A stretch of 64,000 nucleotides of DNA from Oceanispirochaeta sp. (GCA_963666275.2 CAXXOA010000002.1:896001-960000); one strand, 5' to 3'. Positions 29,913 through 39,675 are shown, numbered from the stretch's first letter. A program made the numbers and translations. The notes: a model not told the origin generated them from the sequence alone.

Positions 29913-30385
29913 GTTTTAACGATATTCTCTCCCAGTGGGAAGATATGAATAAAAAAAACGGCTCCCCCCGGGAGGAGGAGCGGAAAAATGAAAGCTCCCG
30001 GAATGATTCATCCATGAACGACTGGCTGGAGCGATATCCTCCGGACCGGAAAATGAAAGACCGCAAGGAAAAGCCAGACAGGATTATAACTCACACAAGA
30101 AAAAAGCTCCTGAATAGAATGGAACCTCAGGATTCTCTGGATCTCCATGGATGGAACGGACAGGAAGCTCTGGGCGAACTGGAATCCTTCCTGAAGAGAA
30201 GCAGCAGAAAGGGACTGAAAAAAGTTATTATTGTTCATGGAAAGGGTCTGCATTCACCCGGCGGTGAATCTGTTCTCAGGCCGCTGGTAAAGCAGTACCT
30301 TCAGAAATCCCCTCTCGTCAGGGATTTTGGCCGGGCTCCCGCAAGGTCGGGAGGGAGCGGAGCAACCTGGATATTGCTCCGGTAG
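29909..30385 (+). CDS. Smr domain protein
   Basis: LDLHG, IVHGKG, GGSGAT; TTG start overlaps the previous stop. Confidence 0.88.
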   Translation: MSFNDILSQWEDMNKKNGSPREEERKNESSRNDSSMNDWLERYPPDRKMKDRKEKPDRIITHTRKKLLNRMEPQDSLDLHGWNGQEALGELESFLKRSSRKGLKKVIIVHGKGLHSPGGESVLRPLVKQYLQKSPLVRDFGRAPARSGGSGATWILLR

Positions 30386-30604
30386 TTATCTTTCCCTGTA
30401 GATAATGCGTCCTCTTGTGAGGTCATAGGGGGAAAGGGCGACTTTTACTTTGTCTCCCGGTACGATTCTAATGTAGTGTTTCCGCATTTTTCCTGACAGA
30501 TGTGCCAGAATCACGTGTCCGTTAGCGACTTCTACGCGGAACATTGTATTGGGAAGGGATTCTTTAACAACACCTTCCACTTCAATAGCTTCTTCTTTTG
30601 CCAA
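30386..30604 (-). CDS. infA: Translation initiation factor IF-1
   Basis: [34 protein letters not shown]. Confidence 0.98.
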   Translation of the reverse strand: MAKEEAIEVEGVVKESLPNTMFRVEVANGHVILAHLSGKMRKHYIRIVPGDKVKVALSPYDLTRGRIIYRER

Positions 30605-30636
30605 ACAAATATCTCCTGATGTCTATAGTGATTAGC

Positions 30637-30665
30637 ATATTAGGGAATCAGAATGTATTTGTCAA
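30637..30665 (-). promoter_or_regulatory. sigma70 promoter of infA
   Basis: Minus strand TTGACA-N17-TAATAT; AGGAG RBS downstream. Confidence 0.7.
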
Positions 30666-30736
30666 CTCCTTGACATTTTTCTTTAAATAATACAGATTAT
30701 TGCGGATATAATTTTCCTTAAAAAAAGGTTATAGCT

Positions 30737-31090
30737 ATGGAAAAAGAATTTGAAGATAAGATGAAGAATGTTCTTCTGGAGATCAAGGAGTCTGTTCTGA
30801 AGAATCTTATCTCAGAGAATGAAGACTTCAAAGCGGCGGTTGAAGATCTTGGTGTAAAAGATCTGGCCGATATTGCATCGAATGATATCGATGTAAGAAC
30901 TCTGGAAGCTGTGAGCACTCAGGACAGGAACAGACTGAACAAAGTCGAGTCTGCCCTTATCCGCCTGGAAAACGGGAAATACGGAGTCTGTGCTTCCTGC
31001 TCTAAAAAAATAGGAAAAGACCGTTTGGAAGCCATTCCCTACGCAGTTCTCTGTATCGACTGTAAAAGTGCCAGCGAAAAACGGAGATAA
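30737..31090 (+). CDS. dksA: DksA/TraR C4 zinc-finger protein
   Basis: DLADIA (DxxDxA) coiled-coil tip, YGVCASC, RLEAIP, CIDC. Confidence 0.9.
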   Translation: MEKEFEDKMKNVLLEIKESVLKNLISENEDFKAAVEDLGVKDLADIASNDIDVRTLEAVSTQDRNRLNKVESALIRLENGKYGVCASCSKKIGKDRLEAIPYAVLCIDCKSASEKRR

Positions 31091-31146
31091 TTTTCCTCAA
31101 ACTTTTTAAAAAAAACATAATAATCAAACGAATTAATAAATAGATT

Positions 31147-31179
31147 AAGCCGGAAGTTTATCGCTTCCGGTTTTTTTTT
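31147..31179 (+). terminator. Intrinsic terminator after dksA
   Basis: AAGCCGGAAG..CTTCCGGTTT plus T run. Confidence 0.85.
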
Positions 31180-31253
31180 ATACGCATTTTTCTTTTTTCC
31201 AGTAATACCGGACCGCTTTTTTCCGATAATTTAAATATCAGGAGGTTCCGGAC

Positions 31254-31640
31254 ATGGAAATGCGTTCTGCATCAGGGCAGATCAACATTGCACAGCTCAT
31301 GAGCATGAGAAACTCATCGGGAAGAATCAGTATTCCTGTTTCCCGGGTTCAGAGTCCCTATGCCCAGTTCAAGTACGTCCAGGGGGTTCCCGCGGCTACT
31401 CAGGGGCATGCGGTGCCATTGAACAGACTTCGTGTTCTGAACAGCCTGATCGATTCCCTTGTCTCTCTGAAGGACGGGAATGTTTCCAGGACAAATACAT
31501 CCGGCCTCTCAGACAAAGCCATTGATGCCCTGATTGATCAGTATGCCGGCAAGCTTCATACCGCTATCTCATCACAGGCCGGCCCCTATACCGCAGGGAC
31601 ACCCTATACCACAGGTTCGTTAGTCAATGTGACCGCCTGA
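31254..31640 (+). CDS. Hypothetical protein
   Basis: AGGAGG RBS; YAQFKYVQGVP..LRVLNSLID. Confidence 0.75.
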   Translation: MEMRSASGQINIAQLMSMRNSSGRISIPVSRVQSPYAQFKYVQGVPAATQGHAVPLNRLRVLNSLIDSLVSLKDGNVSRTNTSGLSDKAIDALIDQYAGKLHTAISSQAGPYTAGTPYTTGSLVNVTA

Positions 31641-31644
31641 TTCC

Positions 31645-32721
31645 ATGTTAACCCTGATATTCATCATTGTAACAGCTCTTTTTTTCTATGGCCTCCTTCC
31701 AGTTCTGGGGGCTTTTGTCGTGCGTTCCCACTGGAGAGGTGTCAGAAAGAATCTTCATGCCTCTCTGTTCTACCCCATGACACTTCATACTCCCTCCGAG
31801 CAGGAAGCTTCGTTGGGGCCCTTCAGAGTTCTCGGAGAACTGGAAGCGATAGAAGGGAATGATACTCTCTGGCTTAAAACCCGTGAGAACCGGTCTATTA
31901 CTGTAGATATGCGGGACAGTCATGTCTATTTTATGCCTGCCTTTGCCGGGAAGGAAAAATTCTATCCCCACCTGAATCCCGTGCCCTTTCCTTCCGAATC
32001 TCTGGAACGGGTTTCGTGGAATCAGGTTTTTTCCATGCCCGAAGGGACAAAAATGTATGTGAGCGGAGAATTGGAGTACCGGGCGGGGCGGTTCCGGTTC
32101 CGGTCGGGAGAGACGGCACCCCTTATGGTTCTTGTCTATAATGAGAATCCCCGGTATCTGGTTCCCCGGGCTGTCTGGTGCGGCCGTCAGAACAATGAGT
32201 TCTGGAATTTTCTGACCCCCTGGTCTCTCATCTCAGGAATCCTGATCCTGCTGATCCAGTCGGTTTACCTGCTTCAGAACAGCGGAAACTATCTGATTCA
32301 GTTTTTTTGTATAGCCATGGCTCTCATTCCGGCTCTTCTTTTTCTGCCTCCGGGGGTCTTTCTGTTCAATCTTTACAGAAAATCCTGGGACACGGCCCGG
32401 CGGTTCAGAGCGGAAAGGGATCTCATTCGGCTTTCTCTTCTTCCGGACAGGGGAACCGTGAAAGAACCCGCAGGGGAGGGATCCTTTACTGTGTACAGAT
32501 GTCCCAGCGGATGGAAAAACCGCCGCAGAGAGGGAGAGGGTATTCTTTCGGAAATCAGCCCTCTGGAGGGCCGGGTCGAACTGCCTGAGGATCCGCATCT
32601 GCTGGCATCGTACTGCCAGAAAAAGGCATTTCTCTATGAAAGTATTTCGGGAATTCTGGTTCTGACGGGTCTGGTTATGAACTTTATTCTTGTCTGGATT
32701 GTTTTTACCTGGTTTTTTTAA
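31645..32721 (+). CDS. Hypothetical membrane protein
   Basis: 358-aa ORF with about 4 hydrophobic segments, 4 nt after the upstream stop. Confidence 0.75.
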   Translation: MLTLIFIIVTALFFYGLLPVLGAFVVRSHWRGVRKNLHASLFYPMTLHTPSEQEASLGPFRVLGELEAIEGNDTLWLKTRENRSITVDMRDSHVYFMPAFAGKEKFYPHLNPVPFPSESLERVSWNQVFSMPEGTKMYVSGELEYRAGRFRFRSGETAPLMVLVYNENPRYLVPRAVWCGRQNNEFWNFLTPWSLISGILILLIQSVYLLQNSGNYLIQFFCIAMALIPALLFLPPGVFLFNLYRKSWDTARRFRAERDLIRLSLLPDRGTVKEPAGEGSFTVYRCPSGWKNRRREGEGILSEISPLEGRVELPEDPHLLASYCQKKAFLYESISGILVLTGLVMNFILVWIVFTWFF

Positions 32722-32760
32722 ATTGAAAAGCAGACCGGCGCCGGACCGGTCTAAGGGCTT

Positions 32761-33216
32761 TTACTCCATTGATTTCTTTTTTGCAAAATTAACGGTCAGC
32801 TTTCTTCCCCGGAAATCGATACCGTCGAGATTATCAATGGCTGTTTCTGTGGCCTGACTGTTGAGAGTTATAAAAGAGTAGTTATCAAGAATCTTAATAT
32901 CCCCGATCATGCTTCTGTCCACTTTTCCTGTATTCACGAAAAGGTGGATCAGATCCTTCGGGTAGACTTTGCGGTTCCTTCCGATGCTGACAAAGAGTGA
33001 TACGCCGTTCTGTACGGTCCTACCTGTCTTTTTTGATGCAAATTCCTTGAGCATGTAGGCACTTACCCAGGATCTCATTGAATAAGGAACAGTTTTCTTG
33101 AATGCCTTTCTATAAGCGTTGAGAATATCCGGGTCTTCATTTTCTTTGACCCGTTTCAGTAGATTCTCAACAGCAGGCAGTAGGTCTTCAGGGTTAATAG
33201 TTTCATTTTTACCCAT
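32761..33216 (-). CDS. Standalone DbpA-type RNA-binding domain protein
   Basis: LFVSIGR..PKDL..IGDIKILDNYSFI..FRGRKLTV; AGGAG before ATG 33216. Confidence 0.85.
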   Translation of the reverse strand: MGKNETINPEDLLPAVENLLKRVKENEDPDILNAYRKAFKKTVPYSMRSWVSAYMLKEFASKKTGRTVQNGVSLFVSIGRNRKVYPKDLIHLFVNTGKVDRSMIGDIKILDNYSFITLNSQATETAIDNLDGIDFRGRKLTVNFAKKKSME

Positions 33217-33572
33217 GACTGATGTCTCCTGTTTGAATAAATTGCCGGTTTCTGCAGTTGAAAATCCCCTTTGGGATGGCAGCACTTGGGCGAACATAAA
33301 AAAAATGAAAAAAACGGGAGTTTAACAGGTCACGGTAATTTTCCGGCGCAATACCAAATTTTCTTAAGGGAGATGTTTCTTTAAATGATAAGGTCTGAAA
33401 AGAAGATTGACTGAAGTACAATTCTTTCAAAACGGGTCTTATGTTTAAACAAACTGTTTCTCTCCTGAGGAAAAACCTGTTGTTTTTCTCCGATTTTTTC
33501 GATAATACACTTACAATATATAGTGACACTCCATTTGTCAATTGTTTAGAGTTGTCTAATCTGGAAAGGGGT

Positions 33573-34796
33573 ATGTACTTGAAAAAAATAATCGCCTGTA
33601 TTGCTTTTGCCGTCCTGGCAGCCCTGCTGCCTGCTCAGACTTTCAGGTTCTCACAGCAGCAGGGTGATCAGTACAGGATCGTGGCAGAAGTCACCGAAGG
33701 GGTTTTTCTGGATGATCAGCTTCTGGGAGAGTCCTCCATCCTGAACAGGATTGCCGTCATGGTCACGGAATCGGATGAGTCGGGAGGGACTCTGAGCGTC
33801 AGATACAGTATCTCGGAAAAATCTCTTGATACGGGAGTGTATATATACTCTGCAGAGGATGCGGTTGAGTTCTACCGCTATAATAACGGGGAGTACGGAG
33901 ATATTCCGGAACAGGACTATCTGCCTTCTGTCCGGAATGTTCCTGTTTTTCCCGATTCCGATCTGGAGCCGGGAGATTCCTGGTCCGCCATGGCTGAAGA
34001 GGTTCATGACCTGAAGCCCTTTTTTGACATCGATTACAGGCTTCATATTCCCTTCCGGGTCTTCTATACCTACAAGGGGAAAGACACCTACCAGGGCCGG
34101 GAGGTCGATGTGATCCTGATCAACTATCATCTGTATTCAGATGTGGATGTTTTCTCTCTTCCTCCCGGAGCTCTGCCTTCGGGAACTGCGGATCTGCCCA
34201 ACGGGGTCTACGGGGATTTTGAGCAGACTTTTTTCTGGGACTCCCGGGCGGGGATTCCCGCTTATGTTACTGACAGATTCTCCATCAGCTACACTATGGA
34301 CTCGGGGCATCGCTACACTTTCAGGGGAATCTCCGAAGGGAAGGTGACCGAGGCGGATCAGTGGGAGAAAAAGAGCGTAAAGGAAGAGATTGAAACGGTT
34401 CTGGAGGATGAACATCTGGAGGATATTTCTGTTGAAATTTCCGATGAGGGTGTGACTCTCACCCTTGAGAATATACTCTTTGTTCCGGATGAAGCTGAAT
34501 TTCTACCGGGAGAGGAGGATAAACTGAAGGACATCGGCCGGATCATCAGCCGCTTTCCCGATCATGATCTTCTGATTACAGGGCATACCGCTTTTGTGGG
34601 GGCCAGGTGGGATGGGCAGCAGCTGTCGGAGAGGAGAGCCGGTGCTGTGGCGGAGTATTTCATGAACACGGGAATTAAAGATTCATCCCAGATGGTAATA
34701 AAAGGTATGGGGCACTCCATGCCTGTGGCAGACAACAGTACTGAAGAGGGAAAGAGAAAAAACCGACGGGTGGAGATAACCATCCTTGATAATTGA
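33573..34796 (+). CDS. OmpA-domain protein with large N-terminal domain
   Basis: Signal peptide; ILF, ITGHT, LSERRA, NRRVEI. Confidence 0.88.
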   Translation: MYLKKIIACIAFAVLAALLPAQTFRFSQQQGDQYRIVAEVTEGVFLDDQLLGESSILNRIAVMVTESDESGGTLSVRYSISEKSLDTGVYIYSAEDAVEFYRYNNGEYGDIPEQDYLPSVRNVPVFPDSDLEPGDSWSAMAEEVHDLKPFFDIDYRLHIPFRVFYTYKGKDTYQGREVDVILINYHLYSDVDVFSLPPGALPSGTADLPNGVYGDFEQTFFWDSRAGIPAYVTDRFSISYTMDSGHRYTFRGISEGKVTEADQWEKKSVKEEIETVLEDEHLEDISVEISDEGVTLTLENILFVPDEAEFLPGEEDKLKDIGRIISRFPDHDLLITGHTAFVGARWDGQQLSERRAGAVAEYFMNTGIKDSSQMVIKGMGHSMPVADNSTEEGKRKNRRVEITILDN

Positions 34797-34848
34797 CCGA
34801 AAGATTTTTATCTTTTGAATAGGACTAGGAAGTTTGACTGGAGGGTGT

Positions 34849-35994
34849 ATGGCTAATATAGAGAAAAAAATAGATGAATTGAAAACTCTTGTAAGGGAAA
34901 ATCTTACAGAAAGGGATGAGATCTACCTTGCTCTGGGAGAGATTCTGCTGAAGAAGCCGCCGGAACTTCAGGAATCGGGTCTTCTGGAAGAACAGAGGTC
35001 CACAGCGGAGGAACATAAAAAAAAGATTCCCCTCCTCAGGGAGCATCAGGATGAGATAGAGAAGGGGGAAGAGGAACTGACCCGTCTCAAGGAGTCCGAG
35101 GGCAATCTGAAAAACAGAAAGTCCGCTGTGAAAGAGGAGATGGAAACCCTGGAGGAGTCTCTGGGAGAGAAGCTGTTCCATCTACTGAAGACGCTGGACA
35201 ATCCTTCCTGGAGCGTCGCCTATGAACCGGTGACAGCCCATATCAATAAGATGCGGGATACGGAATCCGATCTGTTTCAGAGTGAGAACCAGTCTTCCCG
35301 GAAAAATATATTGAACCATATGGTTTTCAAAGGAAAAAAATCCCTTCTGAAAAGCAAGAAGAAAACCCTGGAAACCAGTTTGACCAGGCTTTATAGAAAA
35401 GGGTTTCAGGATGCTCTTGAACTGGGCGCCGGAGCCGGCGGTGCCGATACTCCCGACGGGGCCCTTCTGCAGCCCTGGTTCCGGGCGGCGGAGGAGATGA
35501 AGACGGTTCTCAGGGATGAAGAGGAACTGGAAAACAGAAAACGCCTTATCAAGGATCAGCAGAAGGAGCTGTCTCAGGGGAAAGGCCCGAAAAAACGCAT
35601 TGAAGCACTTCAGAAAGAGATAGAGAGAGAAGAGGAGTATCTTCAGGATTCTCTTATCAAACTGGGTGAAAGCGCCTGTGGAAACCGCTCTGTGGAGCTT
35701 AAAAAATCCAAAGAGATCAAATCTCTGTTTACAAAAATTGATGATTTAACAGAAGCCGGGGTGGCTCTTAATCTGGAAATAGAAAAGTGGCAGGCCCGGA
35801 TTGAAATCCGGAAACTTGAAAAAGACAAAGAGTATATGACCCGGAAAATCGATAATCTGGAGGAGGAAATCCAGGCCCGCCGTCAGGAAATAAAAATTCT
35901 GAAGAGGGACATTGGCAAAATCGTAAAGGATATTGAAAAGAAAGAGGAATTCTCTTCGGATCTTCCCGAACCCGAAGAAAACCCTGAATCCTAA
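34849..35994 (+). CDS. Coiled-coil hypothetical protein
   Basis: E/K/L-rich heptads; GGAGG RBS. Confidence 0.75.
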   Translation: MANIEKKIDELKTLVRENLTERDEIYLALGEILLKKPPELQESGLLEEQRSTAEEHKKKIPLLREHQDEIEKGEEELTRLKESEGNLKNRKSAVKEEMETLEESLGEKLFHLLKTLDNPSWSVAYEPVTAHINKMRDTESDLFQSENQSSRKNILNHMVFKGKKSLLKSKKKTLETSLTRLYRKGFQDALELGAGAGGADTPDGALLQPWFRAAEEMKTVLRDEEELENRKRLIKDQQKELSQGKGPKKRIEALQKEIEREEEYLQDSLIKLGESACGNRSVELKKSKEIKSLFTKIDDLTEAGVALNLEIEKWQARIEIRKLEKDKEYMTRKIDNLEEEIQARRQEIKILKRDIGKIVKDIEKKEEFSSDLPEPEENPES

Positions 35995-36701
35995 ATGTGA
36001 AAAAACTTCGCCAGTCTGGATTTTTTTTTCCGGTAATGGAGATAGAGAAGCATACCGCTTACCGGGATAAGAGCGGCTATCACAATAAGCGACCAGCTCA
36101 TTCCCTGATGTCCCATGACAGAACCGGATACTATGAAGTCGGTAACGCCGCAGAACACCCCGATCCCCAGAAGGATGAACCCGGCAATATTGCCTCCTTT
36201 CCTGGCTGTTCTTCCGGATAGAGTGACAATAGCCTGGGTGATGACAGCCCCTGTCAGGATGATGGGGAAACTGAGCTGGAATACCCGGGAGGATAGATCT
36301 GTGAAGAGGGATAGTGAGGCAAAGACTCCCCAGAGAACAATCGTCTCACTCCAGATAATCAGATTGGATTTTGCCGGTTTTGTAATGGGGACAATGGTGA
36401 GAAGCCAGCTTCCCACAAGGCCTATTATGGGGTAGATCGACCAGCTTATACTTCTGGTCAGAACGATATCAACCGAGAGGGTTATCATCAGGGGGATTAA
36501 GATCCCGAAGCTCGTTATGGAAAAGGCTATTCGGATTTTCTCCCTGGGGCTCAGCCGGGGAGCGGCCGGATTGAGCTGATCGGTTGGAAAGTCCCTTCCC
36601 GGCTCGGGCTCTTCGTAGAATTTCTGGATGGGGGAGTGGCACAGAGGGCATTTGGCAATCTCATCATTGACTTCTACTCCGCATCTTGAACAATAGGGCA
36701 T
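35991..36701 (-). CDS. Zn-ribbon plus multi-TM membrane protein (DUF6320-like)
   Basis: MPYCSRC..CPLC, about 6 TM, C-terminal KFFHI. Confidence 0.8.
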   Translation of the reverse strand: MPYCSRCGVEVNDEIAKCPLCHSPIQKFYEEPEPGRDFPTDQLNPAAPRLSPREKIRIAFSITSFGILIPLMITLSVDIVLTRSISWSIYPIIGLVGSWLLTIVPITKPAKSNLIIWSETIVLWGVFASLSLFTDLSSRVFQLSFPIILTGAVITQAIVTLSGRTARKGGNIAGFILLGIGVFCGVTDFIVSGSVMGHQGMSWSLIVIAALIPVSGMLLYLHYRKKKSRLAKFFHI

Positions 36702-36716
36702 ACAACCACCTTTTTA

Positions 36717-38021
36717 TTAATCTAACCTGTTACTTTCAATTTTAACGGGTATATCCATCTTTCTCAGGGATGTGAAAAAAATCCTTTCAATTTCTGTATC
36801 CTCCACAAGGCTGCCGAAGGATACATGCAGTCTGTCCTGCCAAGAAACAGCAGTACATTTGATCCTGTTTCCCTTACTGGGGGGAGGATAGAAGTCAAAT
36901 CTTTCCACATGGGGACACATCTCCCCGGGCAGCTCCATTCTGCCCAGATTGCTGAAACCGCTTGTATAGTTTCTTTCCCCCATAAACTGGTAGAGAACAG
37001 GGAGGACCAGGTCTTTCAGCAGCAGCGGGAGTAATCTGTTGACAATGTTGATCTCCCCTTTTATGTTCCGGCTTATCTGCTGATTGAGAAACCTCCTGTC
37101 CACCTCATAGCGCATGTAGTGATGAACTTTGGCAGCGATCTCCTCCAGGGTGTAGACTCCCAGACGGGGGTCTATCCAGGGTTCCACCGAAAGAAAAAAG
37201 TTCCGCATGGTTCCCGATGGATAGAGATTCCTGAGATTGACGGGAATATTCATCCGTATGGGTTTTACCCTGCCGGGCCTTTTTATGTGGTTGATTATGT
37301 ACTCCTGAAAGCTCAGGATCAGAAGGGCTATCAGGAATTCACTGATACTGACATTCAGTTCTTTCGCCCTGGTTTTTACTTTCTCCACAGGCATGATCCC
37401 TGTTGTCAGATAGTAGCGGTGGGGGGGTATCAGTTTCTGATGGAGATGGAATGCCCGGGCTCCCCGGGAGGGTTTGGGAAGCTTCGGGTTGAAGTACTGC
37501 TTGAAGGCGTCCTCTTTTTCATCCTCTGCCGGTGGTTCCTCCAGGGAAAAGATTCCCCGCTCGGGATCCGCCGGGATGGTAACGCCTTTGAGCCTCAGGT
37601 ACTCTGCCGCCAGGGTTTTCAGGTAGATGGAGGCGCCCGTTCCGTCAGTCATTATGTGGGAAAACTCAACAGCTATGCGGCATTTATAGGCCCTCACCCT
37701 GAAAAGGAACATCCTCTTTTTTTTGATAGGCATTCTCATACAGGGATAAAGGGAGTCCCCTTCTATCCTGGGAAGCCTCGGGTTGGTGTCAAGGTAGTAC
37801 CAGAAGAGGCCTCGTCTGAGAGACACCTGATAATAGGGGAACCGTTTAATTACCCTGTTATTGGCTTCTTCCAGCAGATCAATATTGACGGGCTCCTTCA
37901 GGGAGAGAGAAATTCTGAAAAGGCTTGTAATCCTTCTGGAGAGAATGGCCGGGTAGATCTTTCCGGCATTGTCGAGTTTGTACCAGTTGCTGTCCTGAGC
38001 CAGTTCCCAGGGGAGAGTCAT
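36717..38021 (-). CDS. CoA-dependent acyltransferase (alcohol acetyltransferase/condensation-like)
   Basis: WYKLDNAGKIYP, GLFWYY, HIMTDG (HxxxDG), PVNLR, MRNF, FSNLG. Confidence 0.82.
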   Translation of the reverse strand: MTLPWELAQDSNWYKLDNAGKIYPAILSRRITSLFRISLSLKEPVNIDLLEEANNRVIKRFPYYQVSLRRGLFWYYLDTNPRLPRIEGDSLYPCMRMPIKKKRMFLFRVRAYKCRIAVEFSHIMTDGTGASIYLKTLAAEYLRLKGVTIPADPERGIFSLEEPPAEDEKEDAFKQYFNPKLPKPSRGARAFHLHQKLIPPHRYYLTTGIMPVEKVKTRAKELNVSISEFLIALLILSFQEYIINHIKRPGRVKPIRMNIPVNLRNLYPSGTMRNFFLSVEPWIDPRLGVYTLEEIAAKVHHYMRYEVDRRFLNQQISRNIKGEINIVNRLLPLLLKDLVLPVLYQFMGERNYTSGFSNLGRMELPGEMCPHVERFDFYPPPSKGNRIKCTAVSWQDRLHVSFGSLVEDTEIERIFFTSLRKMDIPVKIESNRLD

Positions 38022-38161
38022 GAGATCACCTTCGGTCTGGAAATCGATGGACGAATCTTCAGGGAATCGATAATCTGTCTCCTTTTAAAAACCAAGTGTA
38101 TCATAAAAAACTTTTCCGGCATATTGATCCCGGATGATTCCAGCGCCTGTTTTGCCTCCAG

Positions 38162-39028
38162 TTAGTTTGCAGCCTGTGATCTGTCAAAAAGGATGACAAC
38201 CAGGGGCCCCGCCAGGATGATCAGAGCGGCCGGATAGAAATACAGGGGCGGGATCTCTCCCAGAAACAGAAAGGACAGGACGGTGGCGGCAACAATCTGT
38301 GCCAGGTTGATGAGTGAGACGACCTGGCCTCTGAGCTTTCTCATTCCCAGGTTGTTTATGGTATGGCCGATGACTGTGCAGAGTACAGTCAGTCCGGCTA
38401 TGGAAACTATATCATTGATGCCCGAGGGGAGAGGATCTCCCTGATTGATGAATCCGATGATCAGGCAGAGGATCCCCCCGGTCAGGTATACCGGAACCAT
38501 ATAAAACCAGAGTGGGGATTTCTTTCTGTTCTTCTTTCCCAGGGCCAGGTAGAAAACAATGAGGATCATCGCAACAATGACCACGCCGTCTCCTCTGATA
38601 TATTCCGGGGAATAGCCGCTGTCTTTAAGTCCGAGAAAAATAACTCCCCCGACCGCAAGAACGCTGCCGACGATTTCCAGTGGTGTGATTTTCTCTCCCA
38701 CCATAAAATACATGAGAAAAGGCATAAAGACAGGGGACATATTGATCAGAAGTGATCCATGGCCTCCCGGTATCATCCTGGCTCCCATTGTCCAGGTTAT
38801 AAAATGAAACCCCAGGAAGAGGCCGGGCAGCAGGGACGGGATTATTTTCCGGAAGGTTACAGGCCCTTCCATTTTTCCGGCATCCCGGAAAAAGAGGGGA
38901 AGTGTTATAAGAGCCGCAAGAATCTGTCTGTAGGCTGCAAGAAAGATCGGGTCCATTGTGCCTATCTTAATAAAGACAACTGACGAACCGGCGGCCATAA
39001 CGCCTATGGCCATCATCATGTAGATCAT
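38162..39028 (-). CDS. DMT/EamA transporter
   Basis: About 10 TM segments in two repeats; LGEIP. Confidence 0.88.
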   Translation of the reverse strand: MIYMMMAIGVMAAGSSVVFIKIGTMDPIFLAAYRQILAALITLPLFFRDAGKMEGPVTFRKIIPSLLPGLFLGFHFITWTMGARMIPGGHGSLLINMSPVFMPFLMYFMVGEKITPLEIVGSVLAVGGVIFLGLKDSGYSPEYIRGDGVVIVAMILIVFYLALGKKNRKKSPLWFYMVPVYLTGGILCLIIGFINQGDPLPSGINDIVSIAGLTVLCTVIGHTINNLGMRKLRGQVVSLINLAQIVAATVLSFLFLGEIPPLYFYPAALIILAGPLVVILFDRSQAAN

Positions 39029-39222
39029 GCTGTGTTTTCCTTTCCGGGGGCATCGGGGTTATCAAAGGATAGCGATTCCCCCGGAAATTGGCAATAATGG
39101 AGAGACTTTTCAGATTTTCTGTAACCCCGGGTCTGGAGCAGGGTTTATGTTGTAGAACCGTTCAATTGGATTCTAATCGGCCCTTAAGGTTTTTCTCCTT
39201 TTTCCTTAGGGGCCTTCTTTAT

Positions 39223-39675
39223 TTATAAGACTTTCAGAACCGCCTGAGCATGATCTTTGGTTGTTACCTTTCTGAATACATGCTTTACCCTGTGTTCTTC
39301 ATCCAGAACAAAGGTGCTCCGAATAATTCCCATGGAGACTTTTCCGTAATTCTTTTTTTCTCCCCAGGCCCCGAACTGCTGGATGACCTCTTTTTCCGGA
39401 TCACTTAAAAGGATGAAGGGCAGTTCGTATTTGGTTTTAAAATTCATATGGCTCTTCCGGGAATCTTTGCTGATTCCTATTACCACGGCGTCCTGTTCTT
39501 CAAAGGCGGGGAATTCATCCCTGAAACTGCAGGCTTCTGTGGTGCACCCCGGGGTATTGTCCCTGGGGTAGAAATAGACAATAACTTTTTTTCCCCTGAA
39601 ATCATTAAGGGATATGTTGTTTCCGTTTTCATCGGATAATGTGAAATTTTCCACCTGATCGCCAACTTCCAGCAT
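39223..39675 (-). CDS. bcp: Peroxiredoxin Bcp
   Basis: YFYPRDNTPGCTTEACSFRD, RSTF. Confidence 0.95.
   Translation of the reverse strand: MLEVGDQVENFTLSDENGNNISLNDFRGKKVIVYFYPRDNTPGCTTEACSFRDEFPAFEEQDAVVIGISKDSRKSHMNFKTKYELPFILLSDPEKEVIQQFGAWGEKKNYGKVSMGIIRSTFVLDEEHRVKHVFRKVTTKDHAQAVLKVL

Noticed and set aside
33277..33292. Possible sigma54 promoter TGGCAGCACTTGGGC
   Set aside because: The -12 element lacks TTGC and it is far from any same-strand start
33209..33541. 110-aa minus-strand ORF upstream of the DbpA-domain gene
   Set aside because: It starts inside the -35 box, has no RBS and does not look protein-like
34849..35994. SMC-like or defence ATPase
   Set aside because: Coiled coil only; no Walker motifs and no partner genes
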